From contig NC_042997.1 in the NCBI RefSeq assembly GCF_006345805.1, positions 11,222,001 through 11,286,000 of the forward strand: DNA of 64,000 bases, in the 5' to 3' direction. Below are positions 36,401-47,245 of the stretch, in pieces. Positions within the stretch are counted from its first letter, which is position 1, and each line of letters opens with the position of its first letter. This DNA comes from Octopus sinensis (lineage: Eukaryota). The notes under the pieces are model-generated. The model did not search any database. It was not told where the DNA came from and was given only the letters and a program-made list of their open reading frames with translations. The translations under genes were made by a program, and so were the position numbers.

Positions 36401-37103
36401 ACAAAAAACACAAAGTGAATTAGACATTGATCTAATGGAATCTGATTTACTCTCAAATATAACCAAAGAAAAATGCATGGAAAACAAGAATGTAACTGAA
36501 ATACAAGAATTCAATTCAAGAACTGATCCAAAAATAGCCCCCTCTTCATTGACGAACCTGATAGATGATGATAGTCAAACCCAGATTGGTATTGAGAAAA
36601 ATGCTGATAATTACCAGTTGGTTACAGAAACAGAAGACACTAACACAACAACCAGTGTTCTTTCTAATATGATTTCCCCAAATCTCCTGCCCCACCACAC
36701 TAATGTGGTCTCGACGGGTACACGAGGCAATATTACTTGCAGTAAAACCAATAACAACTCTCTTTTAATCATCAAAGACGGTACTAGATTTAAACTCGGT
36801 CACAAAAGGCACATTTGTAAGTACTGCAGTAAAAGTTTTGCTAGTTCTTCCGCCCTTGTGATTCACACTCGGACACACACTGGTGAAAGGCCTTATGAAT
36901 GTGATTATTGTTCACGAGCCTTCAGCCAGGTCACTGGTCTTCGTCACCATATCAGAACACATACGGGGTATAAGCCATACAGCTGTCACTTCTGTTATTA
37001 CCGATTTGCAAGATCAGATTCTTTAGCCAGGCACTTAAAACTGGAACACCAAAAGAGAAACAAAGATTCCTCTTCAGGAACAGATGTCAATGCTATACAA
37101 TAA
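30486..37103 (+). CDS. Large multi-cluster C2H2 zinc-finger protein, single coding exon (2205 aa from ATG 30486; 2082 aa from ATG 30855)
   Basis: 6.6-kb stop-free ORF; six triple-finger modules with TGE/L/I/V-R/K-P-Y/F linkers at 30912-31145, 31836-32069, 32610-32843, 34071-34304, 35466-35699, 36816-37049; four isolated fingers (CSSC..HVC, CFLC..H, CKFC..H, CDIC..H); acidic S/N/D-rich linkers. Confidence 0.95.
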   Translation: MHKIVEYLPKFKLSVHLHHQVTSGKSCQQILLQETVILLFQLSFESKRNGWNLTSLYLVIAFENKLAIIPLLKNADKLHSTRVSIQFVIFFIANKPNSEHLFFISYPVHELVTDISISSHSNKMSTDKHSSLKSRKSIKKHRCEFCNKEFMSSSALVIHRRSHTGLRPYKCPFCSRAFSQMTGIQHHIRTHTGERPYVCNICHFKFSRSDSLARHIKKRHSSVQNGLVKRKKKTSEISKKQLLLSYYNNSHSDPTTSQLTDSSFILNGFLDAPTEFQSSNLGINSDVHITDDSSKNSRLKFPDEMHSHNKVTDSFIRDKRYTHSRIQSPRLRTKSMDKKYSFSNCNLPEFRYSEAAHQRISVPQNEISENSRKNYKRTEETSLLQSKVNKRCNYNPNISYTNNLDNIHFKNVSDISISSELESKLHNKLDNYQHANRRNLDTKSGGKYHKCFFCFKCFASKSALNIHKRIHTGIRPYVCKMCGRSFTQKTGLRHHYRTHTQERPYKCSICFYAFARSDSLLRHTKLRHKKLKKKAPVYNKQLRKPPECYPNSEHFFEKSGSFKQVVLQNESNNLFENDRLVAKNVNDLDIHEYSIRNNNNSNHVSVVDSTLLLDPLITVSDEINYGRHHVQSTDFSNSNLSSGVVLNIERPEITHTNSPIYITDDEEEFDVISFPEKNEDVPAVKSCLKPSTNSKNTTGKYGKKRNLPCNFCHKTFSSFSVLKVHRRIHTGVRPYRCKFCGRSFTQQTGLTHHLRTHTGEKPYSCGNCNAQFSRSDSLARHWKQQHLKHSNTKGNHLKQINRTKKDHVSSSSTDENLSISAKDVRLSESETNNVQEISDNTSSLDQVNFASVVIKSEVSNDEPVPAVICDTSSKEDAGTADKLGTDDLSPTWKSGSSYRDDGNFSNIEIETFEPVRNAFSPSNEPNLQLKCSSCKKVFNDKTLLSSHVCEVNTEYQCFLCDMNFNNTILLAEHMSEQHNLKQNCKREGELSQFSFEDEFGSLVEMVITHNNDRDVCRIYLSDFSENTQTIEMNMDEKINQNLSDIWESTENRKLEVTQNSPDDFDSKANIFCQSNYNAGTINNHKDSSEDILQIKLEQDQQEISDIVSQNNSSFESFCLTNQEQEFRNVFEPNTNPLGTQTNGINSEVSNFVDNSSDAGISIPLLDLNQCKTEDNDSNTAPLNKDSKQTRNKQRQCEFCKKSFNSKWALIIHRRSHTGEKPYECGHCGRGFSQLSGVQHHILTHTGERPFECQICHFRFARSDSLVRHTRLKHSECARENGSKEEPKKASTLSNNQSLVRDLRNAYSTDMLDMETDMQNDCTMIEPMLQDKNLINLSEYPLLLSSQVKEPDSKKNSEDHITLKDIHKEVDFDKDIKNCNMLDLSLPPSKDISTKQIKTFDCKFCGSLFPNSDVLLQHLMLSHSNEIILNDIKTDILLKSGPEQNKNSSQDSLSISESKEALTFQSSNVSSFPENCLQRDSILHLLKEYDLGMVTEDNSTLNRDESNPNFNVDLKYIENVETIPLDRLEQNGDGQEMDRSQNSFQNIIDITETDFDLKETSVDEIIEKDLSTSEERNLKDVDVGNVEDNNNNNNDDDDDDDVICITPENFPSSFQMNSLKGFAEDFHVTEEKSYEASYISLTDNDNMSAREITEQSNRSNSCRFCGKSFPTQSALKVHQRTHTGLRPYKCPTCDRAFTQKVGLQHHVRTHTGERPYQCKYCIQKFARSDSLGRHIRHKHLKTAKDLNSVSNYQKSLVSPLSLESDANQEAARKREMNGGNSNQLESNFIESPEHSSSKNPNQTDFVMMTPNSFGDLFVLEPSDNHVKNNLNECFQEYISYSRLNDDNHIDRKTMCDQIEERMQNSSYSIPNTSLLQSSGNTPGKSSDTIVLEEMAINISDSECNSPEQNTTIKYENDLTCDICCKEFSNSHLLIKHLKDHINASKETATNPDKTISGPVPTCYLIDLSDESLEQKTQSELDIDLMESDLLSNITKEKCMENKNVTEIQEFNSRTDPKIAPSSLTNLIDDDSQTQIGIEKNADNYQLVTETEDTNTTTSVLSNMISPNLLPHHTNVVSTGTRGNITCSKTNNNSLLIIKDGTRFKLGHKRHICKYCSKSFASSSALVIHTRTHTGERPYECDYCSRAFSQVTGLRHHIRTHTGYKPYSCHFCYYRFARSDSLARHLKLEHQKRNKDSSSGTDVNAIQ

Positions 37104-38410
37104 CAGAACTCTTTATTTTATATTTGTATATATTTATTTATTGGTATGGGGGAAATTTTGTTCCACAGTTTCATTATTTCTAGAATGCGTGTGTGTGTGT
37201 ATGTGAATGTACATGCATGTGTGTATGTGCACAGATGTGTATATGAAAATGTGTGTGTGTGTGTATGAATATGTCATTATAATCATCATTTTAATATCCA
37301 CTTTTCTGTGCTTTCATGGGTGAGATGAAATTTGTTGAGGCAGATTGTCTACAACTGGATGCCCTTCCTGTCACCAACTCTCACTTGTTTCCAATCAAGG
37401 TAATATTTCTCCATGGCCAGACTTGTTTTTCATGGGAGATAGGAAATATAAAGTGACACTCATTTACAGCCTCCACACAATGTCAAGACAAGGACATATA
37501 CACATTCACACATATATATATATTCATTCATTGGCTAATAATCTTAGCCTGTACGACAACAACAGCTATGTTTCTTGGAATAAGAGAATTCATTCATCTG
37601 TATTTTTTTAAAGAGAAATTACCAAAAGATTGGTTATTTATCTACTAAATTGTTTATATTGAATCCCATGCAGATCATCATTAAAAAGGAAAATAATAAT
37701 AACAATTATAAATCAACAAACTACCTCTGTATCTCCTTGTTGACATGGATTAAGTGGGTGAGATTAAATTTTATACATACGTTTTCCCTCTGGTGGTGAA
37801 CTTGTCATTAAAGGGGAGAGAATTTCTTCTTGATTAGACAAAGTCTAACCAGCATATTTAATTTTTAATTTAAAGATTTTTTATTTCTTTTTTTCTTATA
37901 CAAAATAAAAATAAAATAAAATCCTTTTATTTATCTATTCATTTTTTTAAAATCCTTCTTTGGAATTGTTGATGCAGCATAACTCGAAACACAAATTAAT
38001 TAAGCTAAATTCCACATTCTATGAAGTTTCATAAAGAAAAGAGAGAATAGAAGATGGTTCATAGTTTAAAAGACATTTCCTCATTTTACTTTTTCTTCAT
38101 CCTAGATTAACAGTTTAGCAGTAGAAAAAAGGGACGCTTCTATTTTTTTTCTCTTTCATGCTTCACATCATGTACAAACCTTATTAATTTGTAAATACAG
38201 TATTTTTATATCTTCCTTCATTATAGTTCCTGTGAGATCTCACACTAGAGACAAATTATACCATAAATACAAGACTACTGGAAAAACAAGAATGCTGAGT
38301 TCATGTGAGTCCTAATGAGGTGGATCTGTGATCAAAATCATTCTAGTTCTATAGTTCCCATTTATTTTATGTTCTCAAACATTGTATATCTAGGATTACA
38401 TTATCTAATA

Positions 38411-38800
38411 CTAGCAGTATTGCCCGGCGTCGCTCGGTTTTGTTTCGACCCTTTAGAATTGGATTATTTGAAAAGTAAAAATTTTGCATTATGTAGCTTG
38501 TTATTCTCTTTAAGTGAACATTTTTCTGGTTGAAATACACCGAAAAATGGCGACACAGCAGTAAAAAAATCGTAAAAAATAGGGATTTTCATAGAAAAAA
38601 AAGCACCTTTTTGATGTAAATAATTATTGGTGTTAACATGGTCCGATTTGAATTTTATCTTCTATGGAAGGAAGAGCAAGCCTTCTATCATACTCTCAAT
38701 TTTGGTCAACTTGCGCCGCAAGGTCTTGGAGGAGATAGTGTTAGTTGAAGGCTACCAAACCTGCCATACACAGACAACTGCAGCTTTATATATAGAGAGA
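38411..38800 (-). mobile_element. Non-autonomous Helitron (related termini, different interior)
   Basis: Minus strand A|TCTCTCTATATATAAAGCTGCAGTTG ... ccgagcgacgccgggcaatactgCTAG|T. Confidence 0.75.
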
Positions 38801-39656
38801 TGTCCTTATTTTTGAAGAAGTAGTTTGTAATTTTAAGGAGATTTAGCTGCTGTTTCCAACAGGCCTAGCAACCACATAAAGTGTTCTCTCATAGACTCAA
38901 AAATAGGATTGCTGTTTAGCTCCAAGCCAACTTTGGTCAAGCAGACAGAATTTCAAATACTTTCTTACCATAATTGTCCCTACCCTTTTAAATATTGTGT
39001 AATTGGGCTGTATTAATCAATCGTATAATCAATTTTAAGATGGGTGTGCTATGAGGGAGTCATGGTTACTACTTCTAGCAAGGAGATTAACCAGTTAAAG
39101 TCCTCCTCATTGTTGCTGTTGCTGGCGAGCTGGCAGAAATGTTAACACGCCAGGCGAAATGCTTAGCGGTATTTCGTCTGCCGTTATGTTCTGAGTTCAA
39201 ATTCCACCGAGGTCGACTTTGCCTTTCATCCTTTTGGGGTCGATAAATAAAGTACCGATTACGCAGTTGGGTTGATATAATCGATTTAATCCATTTGTCT
39301 GTCCTTGTTTGTCCCTTCTGTGTTTAGCGCCTTGTAGGTAGTAAAGAAATGGGTAGTGGTGGTGGTTGTCATTTTAACATCCACTTTTCCATACTTGCAT
39401 GGGTCAGACAGAGTTTATTGAGGCAGATTTTCTACATCAAGAGGCCATTTCTGTCATTCCAACCCTTCTTTTCACTGAAGATTGGAAATGAAGGACACTG
39501 CTTATACAACAGTGACATTTATTTACTTATTTTCATGCAATGTCATGGCAAGCAGTCACAAACACACATACACATACATATACATATTGATAACAAGCTT
39601 CTTTCAGTGTCTGTCTACCAGATTCACCTATAGAGTTTTGGCTGGCCTGGGGCAAT

Positions 39657-40233
39657 TCATCATCATCATCGTTTAACGTCCATTTTCCATGCTAGCATGG
39701 GTTGGACGGTTCAACCGGGGTGTGGGAAGCCAGGAGGCTGCACCAGACTCCAGTCTGATCTGGCAGTGTTTCTACAGCTGGATGTCCTTCCTAACGCCAA
39801 CCACTTCGTGAATATAGTGGATGCTTTTTATGTGCCACCGGCACAGGGACCACAGGAGGCTGGCAAACGGCCACGATTGGTCGGTGCTTTTTACGTATCA
39901 CCGACACGGACGCCAGTCAGGCGGCACTGGCATCAGCCACATTCGGATGGTGCTTTTTACGTGCCACCAGCACAGGTATCATAACTACAATTTCCATTTG
40001 ATTTTTATTTTGATGTTGATGTACTTGACTCAATAGGTCTCCTCAAGCACAGCGGGTCACTCTACAATCCAAGGTTTGCACAGCAGGCCATCCTGCAAGC
40101 TATGAACTCACTTCATTTGTCGGGTCTTCGCAGTCACAGCATATCGCAGAGGTCTCGGTCTTTCATCATTTCCTCTGTGAGGCCCAATGTTCGAAGGTCA
40201 TACTTCACCATCTCATCCCATGTCTTCCTGGGT
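39657..40233 (-). mobile_element. RTE LINE 3' end, second subfamily
   Basis: Minus strand PRKTWDEMVKYDLRTLGLTEEMMKDRD; UTR variant shared with the 2988-3370 copy; (GAT)n tail. Confidence 0.75.
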
Positions 40234-41879
40234 AACATTTGCCCAAGGTGCCACGCAGTGGGATTGAATCTAAAACAATGTGGTTCTTACCACACAGTCA
40301 TGCCTGCATTCTAAATTCAAATTCTTCTCGAGTGTCAGTGACCAGGGTTACTCACCTGACTACAAGAGCAACTTCTCAGGTACATCATTTCTCTCTTTTA
40401 CTTGTTTTAGTCATTTGACTGCAATCATGCTGGAGCACCACCATTAGTCGAATAAATCAACCGCAGGGCTTATTCTTTGTAAGCCTAATACTTATTCTAT
40501 CGGTCTCTTTTTGCCGAACCGCTAAATGATGGGGACGTAAACACACCAACATTGGTTGTCAAGTGATAGTGAGAGGGATAAACACAGACACAAACAACAA
40601 ACACATACATACCTATATATATATATATGACAGGCTTTTTTCAGTTTCTGTCTACCAAATCCACTCACAAGGCTTTGGTTGGCCTGAGTCTATAGTAGAA
40701 GACACTTGCCCAAGTTACCACGCTGTGGGACTGAACCCGGAACCATGTGGTTGGGAAGCAAGCTTCTTACCACACAGCCACTCCTGCTGAACTTCCTCTG
40801 TTGAACTTCTTTTTATTATAGCTCCTTTCTTCAAACAGCTGCTCCCTAGAACTCATTACCATTTTCATGTTTTCCTTTAACCTTTCTGTCAGTCGATGTC
40901 TTTTGAATTTATTGGCCCCTTTTTCTTCTTTGTAGTCCCTTATGCTACAGTGGCCTCAAATGTTGTTTGGGGCAAAATCATATAAAAATAAAATAAAATA
41001 CAGAGTAAACTAACTGTGCCATTTTGTGCCAACTTGAAGCTCATCAAATTTGTCTGTGGAAGATTGTTGTCAGCCCTGATCTAACAGATTTATGGTCAAA
41101 AATAATCAGCCATGATAATCTGGTTTTTATAGCAGTGTGTAAAACTATGTTATTTAATATGTTCTTTCTTTATTCATGATGGCAAAGAGTAATTTGAGGT
41201 AGATTTGTCTGCTATTTCTATGAGATCAAGCAACTACATACAGGCTCCATTGTTGCCCTGTTATTGTGGTGTAAGTCTGCTTTTATGCAGCCGTCTTGTG
41301 GCATACAGGTAGTCAGCCAAATGATAAAACATGAGCCACAGATCAATCTTTCCTGTTATACTAGCTGAGGGCCATGCTGCACTCTGACACACAGTGTGGT
41401 GGTGGACATCTTCTCTTTTACATTATTTACATTTGACGGATATTTGTCCTCATCTTGTTTGTCGCTAACATAACGTTTCAGCTGATAAACCCTCCAGCCT
41501 TCATCATCAGGTGTCTTGGAGAAATTTTGAACCTGAGTTCTCATTCCTAAGGTATTTTTTGATGTTATTATTGTTATTTTTATTATTATTATTATTATCA
41601 TTATTTAGGTCACTGCCTGGAATTGAACTCAGAATCTTGGTGTTAGTAGCCCACGCTCTTAACCACTATGCCATATGCCCATGGGATTATAAGCTATGAT
41701 AATAATAGGGATTCAAAGGAATATGCAAGCAGAGCCATTAAATATAAGCAAGAAAGTCCAGCTGATACATTAGTAGAGGGCCCACCACATACACTTGTGT
41801 ATACATGGTGGGCCCTCCTAAAAAAAATAGCCTCCTTGAATTACAAGTAGAGTTCCCTAACTGGGTTCAACAATAGACT

Positions 41880-42640
41880 GAGCTTTGCCCATGATCTTTA
41901 CTGACAGTCTGAGACTGTTGGGATTGATGCTATTCACATCCTGCTTTAATCTGTTACAACTCAATGGCTCCTGGAAAACCATCTTCAGGGGAAAAATTCT
42001 GAAAAAAATTGACCTTCTTGAATAAAAGGACTGGATATAAAGGTTAATGTGGGACCTGGAAAGAAGGTTACAATAAGGGTAATGAGAGAAAGAATGACAA
42101 ATGAATTGGGAGTACCTGAATTGAAGTGGCACATGATCAACCAACTCTGAGGAGCAGAAGCCACAGGCATAAAGGTAGAAAAGGCAGAGAGGAGACAACA
42201 TGCATGTAAACATAACAAATACACTAATCAGTTGGGTTGCCTTGTTTTCAATGCTGTCAGGATATCTGTGTAGCAGCATTGTTCTAGATGTGAGATCAAT
42301 ACTTAATTTAAGCATTGTAGAGGGCTAGTTGTTATTAAGAGATTAACTATTTCCTGGCTCCAAAGCGGAAGAACAGTTTTTGTTATGGATATGTATTCAT
42401 CAGGTGATATCGTTAGTAATATTGAGGCCTAGCATTTGAAGTTATTGTGAGGGTTCTTATTGGATGTTGTCCATGGTTAACGCAAGGTGAGTCACAATGA
42501 TTATCTTTTGAGATATACATTTTTTTTGTTTTTTTCTTTGAGGAGACAAAATTGAAACAACCCCATTGAAGGATGTTTTTGAGGTCTTTGTTCATGAAGT
42601 TAATGCAGATTGTCATTTGAATGCAGTTGTTAGGTAGTAA
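41880..42640 (-). mobile_element. Old CR1/L2-like LINE 3' relic
   Basis: Minus strand SHINLYIQSFYSR..IFPLKMVFQEPLSCNRLKQDVNSIN resembles CR1/L2 ORF2 C-termini. Confidence 0.45.
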
Positions 42641-43591
42641 TGAAGGGCCCACCACATATGCTTATGTATGCATGGTAGGCCCTCCTAAAAAAAAAAAGCC
42701 TCTTTGAATTATAAGTAGAGTTCACTAACTGGAGTTCAACAATAGTCTTGTTCTATCTTGTAAAATTTCTTTTAGATGCCCCACAAGCATAAAATTTTGA
42801 AGAGATAATAATAAATGCATCAACGACCTAGTAATTCCACTTCTCTTATTGCTACTTAACTATTAATAAACCATTGAAAGGAAGGTCAATACTCATCACT
42901 TTGGAAACCATGGTAATTAGGTGCAATTAATTCCACAGATCTTTGAGAATAGAGAATGAAAACACCTCCATACACTATAAAAAATTAAACTTTCCAATAT
43001 TAGTTAAACAATTTTCTTTTTTGATGTTTTTTTTTTTGCAATTCCTCTAACCCGAAGAATAAACAGAATGTTAAAGAATTCTTGCTACTCCAACAACATT
43101 AAAATGAGTTAAAATGACTTGAAATGTTCAGGAAATATATGTAGATAAGTTTCCATCCCTTCCGCTACTAAAAAAAAAAATGAAATTCAAAGCAAAATTA
43201 TTAGAAGAAAATTCAAAAATTTCTTCTCTGTTCATACACAAACTAGTACAAGTCAGTCTTGCAAACATGTATAAAGGAAAGACCAAACATATTCTGTATG
43301 TGTGTGTGTGTGAAGGTCTATATCAAAAGCATATGCAATCACAAATACACAAGGCCCCTATATACATAACCCTATTTTATTTTAATAATTAATAGACCAT
43401 CATCTCATTACACATGCAAGCATGCAAAATTTCTTACACTGACCTTTATGCATTTATATAAACCATACCAAAACAGGCGCAGAAGTCTGGTGTAGTCTTC
43501 TATCTCGCCAAGTCCTATCAAACTGTCCAACCAATGCCAGCATGGAAGGTCGACATTAAATGATGATGATGATGATGCACATACACATATA

Positions 43592-43680
<89 letters not shown>

Positions 43681-43899
43681 TGCATTTCGGAGTGGTTGGC
43701 GTTAGGAAAGGCATCCAGCTGTAGAAACTCTGCCAGATCAAGATTGAAGCCTGGTGCAGCCATCTGGTTCGCCAGCCCTCAGTCATTCGTCCAACCCATG
43801 CTAGCATAGAAAGCGGACGTTAAACGATGATGATGATGCATTTCTATTTATAAATATCCTAGAATATCACATTGCTATGGCCTTGTTATCTTATTATAT

Positions 43900-43964
<65 letters not shown>

Positions 43965-44312
43965 AATACAGGTATATCAAATGTCATACAACATATTCAT
44001 GATTTATTTGATTTGATTTATTACAATTTTATCTCCACCTCTAGAGGTTGTCATAATTACCAAATGACAATTAAGACCAGCTGCACACATGAAGGGAGAA
44101 ATAATCTCAAGCTTCAAGAATTCTTTGAAGGTGACATGCCACTATGAAAAGAGGCTTTTGTCCAGAGATAAGTGGGGGGGGGGCAGTTGTGGACACATTT
44201 CTACCTCAATAGGTATCATCAGCAGAACACTTGTCCAACCTCAGGGCTATTAGAGATACCTTATCTCCAATAGTCATGAGGCATAGCTTTATACCATAAA
44301 AGAATACATAGG

Positions 44313-44992
44313 TGTGTGAGAAAGTGCCAATCCCTAGCAGTTGAGGGAACCCGTGGAAGAGGTAGACCCAGGAAAACCTGGGACGAGGTGGTGAAGCACG
44401 ACCTTTGAACTTTAGGCCTCACTGAGGAAATGACCAGCGACCGAGACCTTTGGAAATATGCTGTACGTGAGAAGACCAGGCAGGACAAGTGAGCCCAGCC
44501 CACTTATGAATGCCTTTCCTCCCTTGGACACAAAGACCTGTTGAGGCAAGCGAAGTTGATATAGAACCTCATCCGACGACAGGCACCCATGCCAACCCCC
44601 TTTGCTTGCGAAGACATGTTAGAGCAAGCGAAATCGAAATCGAATTGAACCAGCTAGGATCCCTGGTCTGGTGGTACGTAAAAAGCACTATCTGACTCAT
44701 GGCCGATGCCAGCACCGCCTCGACTGGCTTCCGTGCCGGTGGCACATAAAATACACCAATCCGACCGTGGCCGTTGCCAGCCTCGCCTGGCACCTGTGCA
44801 GGTGGCATGTAAAAAGCACCCACTACACTCACGGAGTGGTTGGCGTTAGGAAGGGCATCCAGCTGTAGAAACATTGCCAGATAAGACTGCAGCCTGGTGC
44901 AGCCTTCTGGCTTCCCAGATCCCCGGTCGAACCGTCCAACCCATGCTAGCATGGAGAACGGACGTTAAACGATGATGATGATGATGATGATG
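44313..44992 (+). mobile_element. RTE-clade LINE 3' end (ORF C-terminus, 3' UTR and (GAT)n tail)
   Basis: CVRKCQSLAVEGTRGRGRPRKTWDEVVKHDL*TLGLTEEMTSDRDLWKYAVREKTRQDK* followed by GC-rich UTR ending gttaaacgatgatgatg. Confidence 0.85.
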
Positions 44993-45814
44993 GTCCAGGT
45001 AATCTGCATAATTGAAACAAAAATGAGCTGAGAGGTCAGTGGCTTGTATTTGAACAACATTCACAAATACAGGTATATCAAATACCATACAACATAAATT
45101 TTTAATTTATTGAATTTATCTCCACTTCTAGAAGTGTTGTAATTTCCACACACGCACACATGGATACACACACACACAAATTAAGGGTGTGTAGCATTTT
45201 GATTGTAGGATGTCTAAATCTTGCAAGCTGATCAGGTACGCGGTATCTGTTGCCCTTCATCCTTTCGGGGTCGATAAATTAAGTACCAGTTACGCACTGG
45301 GGTCGATATAATCGACTTAATCCGTTTGTCTGTCCTTGTTTGTCCCCGCTGTGTTTAGCCCCTTGTGGGCAGTAAAGAAATATGTATCTGAATGGACAAA
45401 CGAACTAATCCTTGAAAAAATTTTTTAAAGAAGTAACATTTTATTTTTTGTAAAATTCAAAATTGCGATGCCTGTTCATTAGGGGTATATCAGCAAAGAA
45501 TATACACACAAAAAGAAATATATATAAATACATGAATATATTACATAATAGTAATTCTATACAACGTGTACAAAAAGAGTATTTAATACTAAGTTGTGTG
45601 TGTTTGTGTGTGTGTGAATATACGTGTAGTTTTTCTAACAATTGATCAAATAAAACGGTGAGAAAACAGTCAGAAGTGATTAGTAATCAGAACTCGGCCG
45701 ATTACGTCATGTTTCGTTCAAGTGAATACATATATATATTCGTTGAAGGGCAAGTGTTTTAATTCTCGCAGTTGAAATACCGTTATACTTGAAAGAACTT
45801 TTGTTTTAACGTGT

Positions 45815-46297
45815 CTAGGCTACAAATTCGTACCGCACTGGTTCTAGTAGAGTAGGTTTATTTTTAGCAATTGATACAAAGTGTCTTTTGACAGGACCTG
45901 CAGGCTGTCTCTTTAAACAAACGCGGACTCCTTTAGCTTTTGCTTCAGCTTTCAGTTTGCTACATTCGACAATTCTCTTACGGAAATCTTCTTGACACTT
46001 GGATGGTTTCACGTGTTCGATCCTCAGATTGATCCTCTTTGGGATGATGCGATGCTTCACTCGTTTATTGATGATCACCCCAACGGCGTGTTGTGTTACG
46101 TTGAAGACACGTCCCGTACGACCGTGGTAGGATTTATGCGGCATACCTTTTTGCACACCTCCGTCACCTTTAACATCGACCAAGTCGCCACGTTTGTAAA
46201 CTTTCATGTAAGTGGACAGCGGAAGGACTCCGTGACGCCTGAATGCCCTGGCGAACATATGCCGGGTACCCCGGCGATAACCTTTTGTGTTTGTCAT
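45815..46297 (-). CDS. RPL21: 60S ribosomal protein L21 (eL21), paralog 1
   Basis: Intact 160-aa [15 protein letters not shown]...[19 protein letters not shown]...RINLRIEHV...EPVRYEFVA*; acceptor ttttcag| 16 nt before ATG. Confidence 0.97.
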   Translation of the reverse strand: MTNTKGYRRGTRHMFARAFRRHGVLPLSTYMKVYKRGDLVDVKGDGGVQKGMPHKSYHGRTGRVFNVTQHAVGVIINKRVKHRIIPKRINLRIEHVKPSKCQEDFRKRIVECSKLKAEAKAKGVRVCLKRQPAGPVKRHFVSIAKNKPTLLEPVRYEFVA

Positions 46298-47148
46298 TTT
46301 GAATTAAGGGAAGCTGAAAAATAAGTAAATAAATAATTAGAAAATAAAAATAAAGTGTATAAATAAATTGAAAGACAACAAAAATCAAATAACTGGAACC
46401 GAAATAATAAGGTTAGAATGTGTGTAAAAGAATGACTAGAGAGAGAAATAGTGTGTGTGTGTGTGTGTGAATGTTCGTGTATAGGTGTAAGAGTGTTGCA
46501 GCTGAAAAATATTTTGTGGAGGGATATTGTGTTATATAGTAGGATCCGAGGAAACCTATCGGTTGTATGTGCGACAGAGCAAACGTCTAATTAAAAGTAT
46601 ATATGTTTGAGAAAAATAGGCAGAGTGTGCTAATTATTTAAATCGAATAGTTTGAGGAGTCAGTGACCGAAAGGATAATTGATAATGTTGATAGTTTCGA
46701 TGCAGTACTGTACTGATCTGTGCCAGGCCTACTATCCCCGCTCAACCATCTGAAAAGCAGAGCTGGTAAAAAGGAAAAAAATAAACTATTATGTAATGTA
46801 AAATATTCATTTTGCGGGTTAGCAAAATCAGTTGAGTGGAGGACAATGAACTGTAGCATTTAATTACCGTGCTTAGTTCAAATCCCGCCGATCTGAGATT
46901 GATAAAATTCGGTACCAGTCAAGCACTGAAAACGATTTCATATTCATATAAAGTATCCGAGATGTACACGGAACACTAGAGGATTCCTTCACCCCACTCT
47001 ATCTCTTTACCCCTTGCTCCTAGATGGGAATGAAAGAATGGACCAGTTATTACTACTATAGAACGATAAAGGTTATATACGATGAAAAACAAAACACCGA
47101 GTGAATTGTTTAATAAAATTGAATTGATAAAAACAATAAATTGATTAC

Positions 47149-47245
47149 CTATGTCAACAAACGTCGGCTACCACAGCAAAGAAATGGAAAAGTGAAACAA
47201 GAGAAGTGTACTGCGCATGCACCAATAAGAATAATCGATATCAGA
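47149..47245 (-). promoter_or_regulatory. Putative 5' non-coding exon and promoter of RPL21 paralog 1 (intron 47148-46314)
   Basis: Minus strand: pyrimidine-rich TOP-like start cttctcttgtttcacttttccatttcttt, donor AG|GTAATC at 47149/47148; TGCGCATGC (NRF1-like), CCAAT and AATCGATA (DRE-like) immediately upstream. Confidence 0.6.

Noticed and set aside
30912-37049. Calling the ZNF gene spalt/SALL, KLF/SP or EGR
   Set aside because: Finger 1 resembles SALL (SxSALxIH) and finger 3 resembles KLF/EGR (RSDxLxRH), but finger 2 (QxTGLxHH) and the six-triplet layout match none; no symbol given
43967-45145. About 80-bp direct repeats (43967-44062, 45067-45145) as a long TSD of the 44.3-kb RTE copy
   Set aside because: The repeats are much more diverged than the LINE and are separated from its ends by unrelated sequence
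45815-46297. RPL21 copy as a processed pseudogene
   Set aside because: Intact ORF, about 41 synonymous versus 9 non-synonymous codon differences, splice acceptor just before the ATG, no poly(A) tract or TSD seen
46314-47148. Intronic snoRNA in the RPL21 intron (vertebrate RPL21 hosts snoRNAs)
   Set aside because: No convincing C/D box pair found by eye; an ANANNA-like hexamer lacks a downstream ACA; would need snoscan/Infernal
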